Shown here piece by piece: positions 1 through 13,967 of a DNA stretch of 64,000 nt (its first letter is position 1; every line of letters begins with the position of its first letter). Both the position numbers and the translations under genes were made by a program. The notes beneath the pieces were generated by a model, which worked only from the letters and a program-made list of their open reading frames with translations, searched no databases and had not been told where the DNA came from. Source of the DNA: Eledone cirrhosa (lineage: Eukaryota); NCBI GenBank assembly GCA_964016885.1, contig OZ024741.1, positions 367,908,001-367,972,000 on the forward strand, given 5' to 3'.

Positions 1-643
1 AGTCACTCTCCTCCTGCTTGAGGTCTTACTCCAGCCACAAACCTCATCCGTCGCCTCTAGTAAGTTATTTTTTAGGAACTCCCAGTTCTCTTCTACGTTA
101 AATGTCTCTATCTGTTCTTCTTTACTGTCGTAGGCGTTGAGTAAAATATCTTTAAATCTGTTACTGGTTGAGGGGACTTTCAGCTTCCAGATCTTTCTTC
201 TCCAGGTTGGCCTCTGTTTCAGGGCTCGTCTAGTTCTGACCGTGAGGTCGCTGACAACTAAGCTATGTTGGGATGTACATTCCTCACTAGGGAAGGCTTT
301 TGTGTTTACGACCGTCCATCTGTCACGTCCTCTGATGAGGATAAAATCTAACTGACTAGAGTGCTCCCCTGATCTATAGGTGATCAGGTGGTTGTCGGGT
401 TTTTTAAAGTTTGTGTTACATATCGACATGTCATTGGCGTCGCAGAATTCTAGAAGTCTGAATCCTTCCTCATTCCTTGTGCCAACTCCATGGCCTCCAT
501 GTACTCTATTGAAGCCGTCGCAGTGTTTACCTACGTGTCCGTTAAAATCTCCTGCAATGATTAGGAAGTCCTTGTTGTCTGTTAGAGCAGTAGTGTGTAT
601 TAGGGACTCGTAAAACCTATCCTTAAGTTCGTCTGGCAGCCCC
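1..643 (-). mobile_element. RTE-clade LINE, 5'-truncated endonuclease-region fragment (continues off the left edge)
   Basis: The minus strand reads ...IIAGDFNGHVG...GTRNEEG...EFCDAN...ICNTNFKK..NHLITYRSG...SQLDFIL...ECTSQH...CGWS. This is collinear with the APE endonuclease region of the 33660 ORF. Confidence 0.9.
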
Positions 644-2752
644 ATACATCTATATGTATGAGTATATAACTATAATCGCGCAAACACAAACTTATAAAAA
701 TACACACTCACGGACATAATTCACACAAATACACATACATTCACACATACTTTCACACAAACATACATACATTCACACGTATACATTTACACAAACACAC
801 ACATAGTCATGATAGTGTTCGGTTTAATTGGAAATGGGAGGGTAAAACGTTTTATTTTATTTTTTAACTCATTTGATATAATGGTTACAGAATGAAAACA
901 CTAACAAATATAATATATACAAAGGAAAGGGAAAGGAAAAAAAGAAAGAGAAAAAATACACAAGCAGGTAATACACACATCTTAGACCACAGAACAATAT
1001 ACAGGCGAAAGAGTGGAAAAAAGAGCCGCTACCAGAGCAAAAGATAGCAATATAGTGAGGAGCACTGGGAAACCTCTCTAATAAATTTTGAGGCAAACCA
1101 GTACGCTTGCAATGTTACCTAGGATGATGGCGAGGCTGAGGTGGTCCAATATGCACACTACATAAGCTAGTAGAAAACCACATGAAGGGCGGTTTTTCTG
1201 CTAGTTAGAGTAAAACTTGAAATTTTAATGTGATGTTTTGTACTTTTCAAAAATGTCTTGCTAATGTGGTTTCATGTGGTACAGAACATAAAGAATTACT
1301 AACCAGTTTCTCTCTTTAAAATCGACACCAGTCAGTGCATACTTTTGTATAACCCTAAATCCAAAAGCATTACTTTTACTATTATTAATAATTTCAATAT
1401 TTTTACTATTATTAATATCCTTTTCCATATATGGTAGCTGGAAATTATTCAGCTATTTTAAAAAGAATATTAGTCTCCTGATTATTTTCATAGCAAGAAT
1501 TTGTTCTTCTCGCTCCACATGATGTAATTCTCATTATATACATTTTGCTCATCTCAAGAGAATGTCCTCATGCACTACCATTATGTCTTCCTGTTTTGTA
1601 TAGGCAATATTTGATCATAACTTGTTTGAAATATTTATTTCTGAGTCTACAGAATATCTTTCAGTTTCAGATGATTCCGCTTAGGGTGAAAGCAGAAGTT
1701 TCTTTGCTTAAACTTTTAATCTGTACTGATAATATATTCATATTTATATGATTGCTTTCTAAAGATAACTTTTTATGGCAAGATTTGCTGATAAAACATT
1801 TTGTTAGGGTGCTTCACTTTAGTAAGATAAAGAACTTATAGTCAGATTGAACCAAGGAAAATGTGTGTCCATTGTTAGTCGGTGTTCCTGGCAAAAGCAT
1901 CACCACTTGTGACAAGAGGCAGGATTTGAACTCAGAACACACAGATTCAGAACTTCCGTCAATCCATTCCCCATGGATTGAAAAGAGCGAAAAGCAAAGT
2001 TGACCTTTGCAGAATTTGAATGCAAAACAAATATCAAAGCATTTAAACCAATGTTCTAATGACTGCTAATTTGCCACTAGTTTAGTAAGATTCACAAGTA
2101 AAAAAAATTTGGTAGATATTTGATAAAGTATTGATTCTTCTATGTTAAATATTCCAATACTATGAAAAAACTGTATCACAACAGCTTCTATACAAAACAG
2201 AACTTCTACTGTTGCTAGACATTTACTGATGGAATTTGTATACTATTTCAGCAACTAAATTAGAACAATATATCATCCTAATGATATACAGAACGTCTAT
2301 GTGTCCATTGGCTTTGTGTCCCGTCCTTGCAGTGCAAGGCTATGCATTCATCATCATTTTACATCCACTTTCTATACGGGCATGGGTTGGATGGGTTGTC
2401 ATGGTCCAAGACCAGACAGATCGGTGCAACCTCATCTCACTCATATGTTCCACATTTGAAATGGTTTCTATGGCTAAATGCCCTTCTTAACACCAACCAC
2501 TTTATTGGGGTGAACTGGGTATGTTTTTTCATGCTACTAGCACTACCACTTTACAGAGTAAATAGGGTGCAATTTATTGTGGCTCCAGCACTACCACTTT
2601 ACATAGTAAACAGGGTGCATTTTATCATGGCTTTAGAGGTTGTCAGATAATCATGTTCTTAGACCCTGTATTATCTCCATTCAATTATTAAACACTACTA
2701 GCTCACAGTGCTTCTCTTTTTTTACTTTTAATTATTAATTTATTCTCTCTAG

Positions 2753-2899
<147 letters not shown>

Positions 2900-2999
2900 T
2901 AGTAGGGTCATCTGTAAATTTAGTATAAATATATAGGAACAATTTCAAATAATCACTATCTATAAGCAGAAGAGTGACTGACAGGGTTGTAGTGACTAG

Positions 3000-3720
3000 T
3001 AAAGAATTTCCCTTCTTTCAGTCACAGTGAAAATTCTAGCATACTATTAGGAACACCACATTTTGTCATTTTCATTGACTTTACAAAGGCATTTGAGATT
3101 GTTGGCTAAAGCAAGGCTGTGTACTTGCTGAGATGTTCACATTATTCCTGGGTGCTGTGCTTGAAAATATAGCAAGCATGCTCACAAGTAGAGTATATAT
3201 CCACACAAGAGTAAATGGTGGAGTGTTAAATCATTCCAGGCTAAGATCCTTGAGGAAGTGTTATGATATGTCTATCCATGAACTTTTATTTGCTGTTGAG
3301 TCTACTACATGGAGGATATCCAGAGAATTACACATCATTTTAAATGTGCTTCAGTAGCTTTCAGCTTCTTAATCAATGTAAGAAAGTCTTGTACCAGATG
3401 GAATTAAGAATGCCAGAACATGAACCTCCAATTATCCTCATTGCAAATCAGCCTTTGAATATAGTGAAGAAGTTCACCTATTTTTGTAGTACAGTTTCTA
3501 ATGATAACAGCTTGGATGTAGAGGCTGATCACTGCATCCTGTCTATTACAATCAATTTCAGAAAGCTTAATGATATCTGTGGAAACAACATGGCATAAAA
3601 CTGTCAAGAAAATGCCAAGTTTACCAAGCAGTAACACTATCCTGCCTGCTGGAGTCGCAGCTATGCTGATTTAATTTGTTTGAAAACCACTGGCACTGCC
3701 AACGCTATTCTGCAATATAT
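3000..3720 (+). mobile_element. Degenerate BovB-like RTE LINE fragment
   Basis: Remnants FIDFTKAF (~3070) and KKVLYQ...QPLNIVKKFTYFCSTVSNDNSLDVE (3380-3525), with many stops. Boundaries approximate. Confidence 0.6.
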
Positions 3721-3816
3721 GTTGGCGTGATTGAAATAACACAGTTTCATTGATGGAATTATTTCACTGTTTAACTATAATAATTATAATTACAATATAT
3801 ATCTAACACCATATAA

Positions 3817-3966
<150 letters not shown>

Positions 3967-3991
3967 TAGCCATAGTTTAGTGTTGGAATAT

Positions 3992-4465
3992 ATCATCATC
4001 ATCATTTAACGTCCATCTTCCATGCTAGCATGGGTTAGACGGTTTTGTTCCATTTGATGCGGGAATGGTCAGGAGACCGTGTCTCGCTCGTACGGAAGTG
4101 TCTCTGGCAAGTTTTTTACAGCTGGATGCCTTTCCTAACACCAACCACATTTACAGTGTGGACTGGGAGCCTTTTTACCGTGTCTCCTACACGACCACCT
4201 TACAGTGTAGACTGTTGTGTTATCGACACTGGACGGAATGGAAAAGGGAGGATGAGGTTGAGTGTACATTGGGTTAAGAGGTGCCTACAGACTAGGTTTG
4301 TATGCAAGGGCAGTCGGGTCTTCTGTACAACTGCATGACGCCAAAGATCTCAATCCAGTGACATTGTCTTAGAGAGGTGTAAGTGAGCAAGGTCAGTTTT
4401 TATCACCTCGTCCCAAGTTTTTCTTGGTCTACCCATCAATTTTCATTGCCCTGCACTTTTTTATA
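3992..4465 (-). mobile_element. RTE LINE 3' fragment (ORF end, 3'UTR, (GAT)n tail)
   Basis: Reverse complement of [27 protein letters not shown], the GGAAGGCATCCAGCTGTAAAA motif, the terminal CCATGCTAGCATGG hairpin and the (GAT)n tail. Confidence 0.88.
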
Positions 4466-4484
4466 CATATAATTATATATATAA

Positions 4485-5290
4485 CTAGCAGAATGGCCCG
4501 GCATTGCTCGGGATTCTAAACATAGATTGGCATGTTTATCCCTCCTTTCTGAAACAGTGCAGAGAAGTACGGAATACCTCTACCTGGGGATGGTATCTAC
4601 ATTTTGTGCTTATAAAAAAAATTTGTCGTAGATTACCAGGGGTTTAACTTAATTGGGTGCCTGAGAGTAAAATGTTCAACCCACGAAAGCCAAGACGATA
4701 GCGTTAAGTAAAAAGGCATTCGACAAACCGAACATGTATTTGTTGTGCTATGGTACAATGAAAGCAATAGTTATAGAGCAGTAAGCATGTGGGACTGCAG
4801 TGGTGGAGAGCATGAAGGAATTTAGTTCGATACTTTTAAGGTTACAGGCCCTAACGCAACCAAAATGCTAAACAATGTGGTCCCCGGGCAAAAATTTGAA
4901 ATCTTTTTCAGTCAAGAAAATTTGTGAAACATGAATAATGCATATGCAAAGTTTAAAAAAAATTGGTTCGGTACTTCTCGAGTTACAGGCCCTAACGCAA
5001 CCAAAATGCTTTAAAAAGTCGGTTTTTCGCCTAATGCGGTCCCTGGGGCAAAAAATGAGAAAATCTTTTTAAACGACATAAGTAATGCACATTGTGAAAA
5101 AATCGCCTGGATTATTGTTCCGTTATGCCTTAAAAAAGCCTTTAAAGCCTAAAATATGCGGTTTTTCGCTTAATGCCGTTCCTAAGGCATTGAAAATTTG
5201 AAATATTTTTTGCTCAAAATACTCAAATGACCATAAGTATTACATGTGTAAAGTTTGATTATTACATGTGTAAAGTCTGATTATTAATCA
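4485..5290 (-). mobile_element. Non-autonomous Helitron, 3' part
   Basis: The minus strand ends in CTAG followed by T, with a subterminal hairpin (plus strand CCCGGCATTGCTCGGG). The terminal ~70 bp match the reverse complement of 16950-17020. Internal ~130-150 bp subrepeats are shared with 60960-61859. Confidence 0.75.
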
Positions 5291-5400
5291 GCACAAACAC
5301 TTCAGTATGCAGGGTAGAGCACTCAGTGAAGGCCACAAGAGGGTCTGTTAACTCCGAAGTAAATTTATAAACAAGAGGTATAAGTCAACATTTCACAATT

Positions 5401-5480
5401 TACTTCTTTCATTACTGTTATATATATTTCGGTGATAGCCACAATTCGACAGCTATAACCTCATCAGACAGTTAGAAGTA
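5401..5480 (-). ncRNA. Minimal type I hammerhead ribozyme (Penelope-like element type)
   Basis: Minus strand: ACUGU-CUGAUGA-[GGUUAUAGC..GCUAUCACC]-GAAA-UAUAUA-UA|ACAGU. Stem I extends via UACUUCU/AGAAGUA. Predicted cleavage after AUA, between 5419 and 5418. Confidence 0.8.
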
Positions 5481-5520
5481 ACACAGAAAACATTAAAATC
5501 ATAAAGTTTTTCTTAATTAA

Positions 5521-5660
5521 CCCTTTAGCATTCACATTACTCTATATATACTATTATTTTTTCATGGTAAAGGCTTTATCTCACATAATATCGGATCTAT
5601 GAGATTTTGATATTATTTATTTTGAGAACAATACCTTAACATCAGTATGAGTGGCCAGTG
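5521..5660. mobile_element. piggyBac-type MITE family 1, partial copy
   Basis: TTAA|CCCTTTAGCATT terminus. The internal sequence matches copies at 45788, 51988 and 62552. Confidence 0.7.
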
Positions 5661-6139
5661 AATTCTGTCCAACACTGACCAGCAAGGAAAACAGTTGTGA
5701 AATGATGATGGTTTCAATATTTTAATAGGAGAATGGGTTATATTTTCTTATTCTTTATAAACTTGCTTTTTATCATATTTACGCGCACACATATATGTAT
5801 GTGTATATGATGATTATGTGAAATCAATGAAAAGTAACTAACAACACTTCACAAATCATGGAAACAAATTATGATAGTTGGAGAATTAGTTGACTGCTTT
5901 AACATGTGGCAGGCTCTCATTTGCCACATATACATTTAACTTGTAGCATTCAAGCCAACATGTTTACTTGGCTTTGTAGCAATACTTCTTTCTTGAAAGA
6001 TGGTAAATGGGCAGGATAATTAGAGCAGTGGATAGAATGCCTTGCCATATTTGTTCAACTCTCAGCAATCAGAGTTCAAATTCCGTTGAGATTAATTTTG
6101 CCTTTCATTCATTCATTCTTGCTGTTTTCTTCTTTCTAG

Positions 6140-6241
<102 letters not shown>

Positions 6242-7437
6242 TAGGTAGTTTCTGACCAATCATTCTCTCATGCACTTATATATATAACACTTTTAAAGTT
6301 TTATATGCTTAACATAGGCAGCGAATTGGCTGAGTTATTAAGGCATCAGATTAAATACCTTATTTGTTCCTGCTCACTGTGCTCTGAGATCAAATCCTGC
6401 CAAGATCAATTTTGCCTTTCATCCATTTGGGGTTGATGAATAAAGTACCAATTCAGGTGCAGTAGATAGTTAAAACTGTGGGAGTTTGTTGAGTGAAATT
6501 TCATTATTCTGCTTGCTTCACTAAGATATTACTGACCAGCAGATTATTACAGTAGTAGTTAGATCAAATATTAATGCTTTTGACACCTAATTGCCTGAAA
6601 CCAGCCCTGATTCTACAATACATAACTATTTGTTTTAAAGTGTTTATATTTATCTAAAAACATTACATCATAATTTTGTTATGTTATGTTTGAGAAAATT
6701 AGTTACATTATACTAAGTCTTTTCAAATTTTTTGTTAATTGGAAACATAAGCAGTGTTTTTCATGAAAAATATGGTAATATAATAAAGGTTAAAAACCTT
6801 TTAGGGAAGATATTGAAGTAAAATTTCATGTAATATAAAAGATTAAGTGCTAGAATATAAGGTCTGTATCCTCGTATGTTTATTTCAGGTCCAATTTTCA
6901 AAATATTGAAACTAACAATGTCTTGTATAACAATACAAAACAAGGTTTGTGATCTAGTGATTAGATTCTTGGGCTCATGATGATATAGTTGTGGGTTAAA
7001 TTCTTGGTTGGTGCATTATATCCTTGAACAAGATGCTTCGTTTTATGTTGCTCCAGTCCACTTAGCTAAAAAGAAAATGAACATCAACGGCAGGCAACAA
7101 CAATGCAGCACAAAGTATTTTGTTAGTTTATGTACTAACTTCAGATACTGCCATTAATGTATATTGAAGAAGGTTTGGCAATTCTTGATAGATTTATTCT
7201 AAATAATTACACTACACGGTAATATAGTTTTCATGAGTCAGTGATTTAACCTTTTTGTTACCATCTTTCTAATAAACGATACTGTCTATGATTTTCAAAC
7301 AATTTTGAAAATAATCAAGAATTTAGAGGGATTTGGTAACAATAATTTCATTATTAAGCTAGAGTTTGAAATATGGCTTAACAAATGTTCTTACATAAAA
7401 TTATGTTGGAAGGTTTTTAAATAAATATAAACAATCA

Positions 7438-8062
7438 CCCTCTCAAAAAAGCCTGCACAGTGCACTCTACATGTGAGTGGGATTCCACTGAAACAAGTGG
7501 AGAAATTCAAGTATCTTCAGGCCGTTTTCACGAGTGATGGAAAGCAGGAGGCTAAATTAAATTCAAGAATTGCAGGAGCTGATGCAGTAACGTGCTAGCT
7601 TTGGGTCATCAGAAGAAGGGAAGTAGGTGTAAAAGCCAAACTCGCTATCTTCAATTTGGAATTCATGCCAACCCTTACCTATGGTCACGAATCTTGGGTA
7701 ATGACCGAAAGAATATAATTGCAAATACAAGCGGCCAAAATGGGTTTCCTCTGATGTGTTTTTGGAGTAATGTTACTCAGTAGTGCGTAGCTGAGAGATC
7801 AGAGAGTAGACCCATTGCTTCTCCAAATTGAGAGATCACAGCTCCAATATAACGGACATGTGGTTAGAATATCACTGGACAGATTTTATGGGCAAAACCA
7901 ACTAGCAGGGGATCCAGGGGTTGACTCTGAGCAAGATGGTTGGTCTCACTTAGGGATTCAGCCAGATCAATTGAATACATTTGCTTCTGACAGGATCCAC
8001 TGGAAGGTGTGCTCAAGACAGCCCCCACAACCCTCACAAGAATAAGTGAGTGAAGAAGAACG
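7438..8062 (+). mobile_element. Second RTE lineage (Rex3/Expander-like) 3' fragment with (GAA)n tail, nested in a piggyBac-type MITE (7246-8155)
   Basis: Reads LKQVEKFKYL..VFTSDGKQE, PTLTYGHESWVMTE and IERSQLQYNGHVVRI. Related 3' ends occur at ~57150-57360 and ~63010-63309. The flanks resemble the two halves of the MITE seen intact at ~23865-24105. Confidence 0.75.
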
Positions 8063-8290
8063 ATGAAGGAGAGTAAGTGAAGAAGAGTCTTACACATATT
8101 GCTTTGTATTATAGAACCAGGAGTTGTTTTAAATGGTTTTATATCAAAAGGGTTGAGGCACTTCTAAAAAAATTACATTCAGTAATGTGGTTTTATTGTT
8201 GATGCTATTGTTTTTTTTTTTGGGGGGGGGGGGGGGGGTATTCTTGAAGATGTTGATGTTTGAAATAAAACATCTTTTCTAATCATTTAA

Positions 8291-8467
<177 letters not shown>

Positions 8468-9927
8468 TAGCTATGTGATTTGGGATGAGTTTAGTAGAAA
8501 AGCCGAATGGTCTTGATGTAATCATCTCTTCTGCAACAAGAGATATTGTATGGGAAAAGGTTGCAGATGGAAAGTATTATGGATGTGTTTGTGAAAACCA
8601 TCAATTTGATACAAGCAAGAGCTCTCAATCATTGACAGTTCCTTTCTTTTCTATCCATCATGGATAGTGAATAAGGAGAGCCTCTATCATTCTGAAGTGA
8701 GGTGGCTCAGTGTTTTCCTTGTTTTAATAATATAATAATTCGGTGATTGGACGAGAACCAGTGTTTTCAGCGTGATATGGCCGTAAATAATATTTATAAT
8801 ACTTTATAATCGCAATTTACCCATGAAATACAAATAAAATGGACAAAATGAAATTTATCAAAAGTGAAACGGAATTAAGAAAATTTGCAATGGAAAATTT
8901 ACCCCCCTACATTTTGTACTAATTCATGTATCCCACTTTCTATCATATACGTATTTATTTTGATTAAAAATAAATAGCAGTCAATCAGCTGCATTGCAGA
9001 TTAACATTATAACTGGAGGAAATCATACCCTTCCCCTGATCATCTCATTTTTGGCTCATTGTGCCCCATGACATAATGGCTCTTTTGTGACCCCTGATTT
9101 AGTTGTTTAGTGCAAGGTCAACTCTAATCAAGCAACTAGACCTATAATCAAATGTATTTTAGCCATGATTGTAGGGTACAGTTTATGGGATTTACAAGTA
9201 CAGTTCCTGCATTAAATTATTTTACATTTTATCATCATCACCACCATAACGACCATCATCATAATCAGCGTCATTATCATCATCTTATGTGTGCTTTCTA
9301 TGCTGAGAAGATGGAGAGGTCATCCTAGTTTGAGTCACTTCTTATTTAGAGTTACTGCCCTTTTAGATAGGTCTCAGGACATCATCTTGTACATTCCATT
9401 TTTGACAGATTAAATGTATACAACTCAGTCAACTGTAGCAGGATTTGAACTCAGGGAGAAAACTAAATACTACAATCCATTTACTCTAATATTCCATTGG
9501 TTCCTAGTTATACAATGGCTTATTATTTTTTCATGATAAAATGCACCCAGTACATTCCTTTAAGTAGTAATGCTGGTGTCACAATAAAAATCACCTGGTA
9601 TACTCTGTAAAGTGGTAGTGTTAGTGCTATGATAAAATACTTCCAGTACTATCTCTAAAGTGGGAATACTAGTGCAATAGGAAGGGCATCCAGCCATAGG
9701 ATTCATGCCAAAAATGGAACATACAAACAAGTTTCCAAATCCATCTGAGACAATGGCTTTGGTTAAGTATTGACTTGGTCTGTAATAACCTGTTCAACCC
9801 ATGCCAGCATGGAAAAGCAGGTGTAAAATGATGATGGTGAGGATGAATAATCCTCTCTACTAATTCTTTGTGTTATTTCATTTTGTTCAGTAATTCATTA
9901 ATCTTTTACTTTTATTTTTGTCTGCAG

Positions 9928-10137
9928 GTTATTATGGCTACAAATCGTATAGAGACCCTAGACCCTGCATTAATTCGCCCTGGTAGAATAGACAGAAAGA
10001 TTGAATTCCCACTGCCTGATGAGAAGACCAAGAAACGTATCTTTACAATTCACACAGACCGTATGACCCTGGCTAATGATGTCAAAATTGACGACTATGT
10101 GATGGCCAAAGATGACCTTTCAGGAGCAGATATCAAA
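9928..10137 (+). CDS. PSMC1: PSMC1 exon (sensor 1, arginine finger)
   Basis: TCTGCAG|...|GTAGGT, 70 codons: [31 protein letters not shown]...DDLSGADIK. Confidence 0.98.
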
Positions 10138-11391
10138 GTAGGTATCTTCTAGAATGTTTTAGGTTTAAGGCCTATTGTCATCATCAGGGGAGAAATTGGA
10201 TAATGTAGTTGAAAAAAAAGACATGACTAGAACATATTTGATCATAGGTGTACTAGATAGTGGCTAAACAAAAACTAAATAGCATTGCAATAACAAAATA
10301 TTGTGTATTTTTTAAAGTATTCTATTACAACTTTTAATTTTCAGTAAGTGATGTGGTGAGAGATTGGAAACTGCATGGCGTAGCGGTGTCCATTTTAGCC
10401 TGAAGTGGATGCGATAACCTCTTTAGCATTGGTGTCTCAATGGAGTACCAGGGGTTGACAATGTAGGGTAGTGAAGACTCTTATTGAGGATTTGTCAACT
10501 TCTCTGGTATTGGTGTCATGCACCTATTACACTCTGTAAAGTGATTAGTATTAGGAAGGGCATCCAGCCATAGAAACCATATCAAATATAGAATGTATGA
10601 GCAAGACTTGGTAGCTTAACTAGTCTCAAACCAAAACAACCCGTTCAACTCGTGCCTGTGTGGAAAACATGTAAAATGATGAGTGTGATGGCACATCATT
10701 TTTTGTTCTTATTTTGTAATGCTTACAACTAAATACCTAGATATTAAGTAGACTAGACTTACTCTGATAAGTAAACTATTGTTACTGTGTCCAGCATATT
10801 TCTCCAATAGGAATTTAGTTTAGTCATGAGATAATTATTGCTGATTACAACCTGACTGCTGAGCTTCTTAAGCCCAACTGTCTATAGCAATTAATTGCTG
10901 AGGTCCACCATTCACAAAACTATAAATTGGTGGTGTAGTGTTGTGTTGACTACTTTAGAACATCCTGTCTTGTTCAACCTCACTAAGGATTGTTAGGGTT
11001 GTATAAATTATAGATCTAACTAAAGGGTGTCTTTTGTTTGATGCTATATTCAGTACAGGCATAAGATTGGTTGTTGTGGGTTAATAACAGGAATGTTGCA
11101 GTGCTATTTTTGTGAGATAAGAACTGCAATGCTTCTATACACCTGCATACATACATACACACACACTTACACAAACATACATATATAAGATACCATGAGT
11201 AATATGTACATTGTAAAGTTATACATTTTTATATGTACAATGTTTTTCTAAATGCCATTAGTGTTCATCCATTATTCTCATAACCTGTACAGTTTGAATG
11301 GCACTATAAATAAATAGTAAGATACATAAACTTTAAAGAGTAATGGAATGTAATAAAGGCATCAAGCTTGACAAATGAGATGCTCATCTTG

Positions 11392-12229
11392 TCATCATCA
11401 TCATCATCATCATCGTTTTACGTCCGCTTTTCTCTGCTTGCAAGGGTGGGACGGGTCCTATTCAGCACAGCATCTCTCCACTTGTCACGGTCCTTCATCA
11501 TCTCCTCCGTGAGTTTCAGCGATCTGAGGTCTGCTCTCATCACCTCCGCCCATGTTTTTCGGAGTCTTCCTCTACTGCGTCTTCCTTCTACTGGGATTTC
11601 TTGGCACTTCTTTACCCAGCGGTCATCCTCCATGCGCATCACATGTCCATACCATCTCAGCCTTCTCTCCTGCACACCACAACTTATCCCTCTTATACCC
11701 AGTTTCTTTCTCAATTCATCCATGCTTGGTCATTCACGCACATTGACATTGCACATCCAACGGAGCATGCTTGCTTCATTTCTCTCCAGATGTCGCATAT
11801 CCTCTGCAGTTGCTGCCCATGTTTCACTACCATGCAGCATCGCGCATCTCACACAGGCATCATATAACTGTCCTTTCATATGCAAGGAGAAACTCTTCTT
11901 TGTCAACAAAGGAAGCAGCTCCCTAAACTTCTTCCAACCTGTCCTTATTCTAGATACTATGGCCTCGGAACAGCCCCTCCCATGCTAATCTGATCACCTA
12001 GATACCGGAAGCTATCAACCACTTCTATAGAACCCACCTGCATTGGAAAAATGTGTCTATCACTGTGATTACTACTACCAACTTTCCCTGTACATCTACT
12101 GCATACATAGTTTTCCATACCTGTTAGTTTGCCTGCTATCCCACTACATCTTTTGTGTACCCAACATCTGCATTGCGTACATTTTATGGAATTTATGCCA
12201 GTTCCTTTTCTACATATTGAACATGGCCA
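11392..12229 (-). mobile_element. RTE LINE (PHD-containing family), 5'-truncated, short-3'-end subfamily
   Basis: WPCSICRKG...CTQCRCWVHKRC...CSRC...FRYLGD through LRWYGHVMRM...RPTLASREKRT*, followed directly by (GAT)n. Confidence 0.93.
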
Positions 12230-13967
12230 TATATAATGATGATGATCATCATCACCATTTAACGTCCATTTTTCCATGTTAGCATGGGTTAGATGAGTTG
12301 TCCTGTTGTGAGATTTTGGCTTGGTTTCTACAGCTGGATACTCTTCCTAACTCCAATCACATTTACAGTGTGGGCTAGGTGCTACACGACCACCTTACAG
12401 TGTGGGTTGGATGCTTTTTGTCGTGACACCTACACAACCACTTTACAGTGTGGACTGGAGATTTTGGTGGGAAAGGTGTGTGGGGATTGGGGAGTTGGGT
12501 GTATCGGCATGTGTGAGGGGGGAGGGGGGTTAGAACGTGAGAGGTGTATGGAAGGGGGAAATGGAGGTGAAGGTAGTGCATACTAGATGTTGGGGCAGGT
12601 TTTCTATGGCTGAAAGCCCTTCCAGATAACAATTCATACCTTATTTTAAGTATGATAGATACTACTTGCGTTTGTCAAATGTCTTCTCTGCGGGACATAT
12701 TGTTTATGGAGGACATAAACTACTGCCACCACAGGCTTTATAAGCAATGTCTATGTGACATTTTTGATGACTGGCATATATACATACACAAGATGGGCTT
12801 CATACAAAAGACATTTGTTCTGTGCCATGAGAATCTGAAAGCACTTGGTTATAAAGTGCACTGCTTAACCATCGAGCCATGTCTGTATATGCACATATGT
12901 GTGTGTGTATTTATATATATTTATATATATATATATATATATACAGACTCTATCTTTGTATCTCCCGCCATTGGCTCCTTTTGCCACTGCTACTACTGTT
13001 ATTTCCACCTAATGTTGTGGCTGCTCCCTTTCGAACAGCAAACAGCCTTTCTTTCGCCAATTGTGGCTTGAGGCGGACGTCCGCCATTGCTCTCTTGTTC
13101 TGCTTTTCTAGCATTTGGAAACTGAGATTTGATTCCTGTTGCGCAGTCAATAATTCTAGACATAGTCCTTCCCTCATGCGAGAAACTATGTTGCGGTATC
13201 ATATTGTAAATTATTGATGGGAGGCTGATGATTCAGATAATGCTAACTTCCTTGTTATTGTTAATCTATTCTATCCATCTCTCCGTCTTTCTCCATCATT
13301 CTAGTCCCCATTTTTCTCCTCTCCTCCCATTCTCACTCTCTCTATAACCCTTTCTTTTCTCACCTCTCTCTCACACTCTCTGTTCAATTTGTGGTTATAT
13401 CTTAACCCCCCAAAAATGCTTACTATGCAAATAGTATCCAGCTGCTAACAGCTACCTTTCGCGCTGAGAATAGTCAAATTGCGAATATTCATATACACTC
13501 ATCACTTCAAACCTTTCTAATTTTATATATATGAGAAAAAGTCTGTGGTGCTGAGACCAGGGAGACCACTAATTATGGGAGTACTCAATGCATGGAGAGA
13601 TGCAGAGTAGGTATAGAGATATGTAAAATCGGGATTTTACATATATATAGTGTCAAGGGTTTCTGTGGAATAGATAAAGGAAAAGGAGTGCTGTGTTCAT
13701 GTGTTCAATACAGAAAGTATATTTATTTATAATAATATATAGAGAGATATATAATAATATATAGAGAGATATATAATGATATATAGAGAGATATATAATG
13801 ATATATAGAGAGATATATATCATCAAAATGGGTGTTAAACAAAAAAAATAATATATATAAATTTAACCTATGTATCTTCATATGTCTGCGTATAAAATGT
13901 GTAGGAGGCATAGTGAATGTGCAATATTTAGTAGCTGTTCATGATGTTATTGTTGTCTTTACTACAG

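Noticed and set aside
9868-9927. N-terminal part of the 94-aa ORF
   Set aside because: Intronic polypyrimidine tract. The real exon starts at 9928.
11368-11988. 206-aa plus-strand ORF (and similar ones at 25917, 35629, 53621, 53974, 56295)
   Set aside because: Antisense shadows of RTE ORF fragments.
12950-13217. Short ORFs in a CpG-richer patch of the last PSMC1 intron
   Set aside because: No recognisable domain or splice context. Probably an unclassified repeat fragment.
13735-13820. ~22-bp tandem repeat upstream of the last PSMC1 exon (also a 29-bp duplication at ~23336-23395)
   Set aside because: Simple slippage products with no evidence of function.
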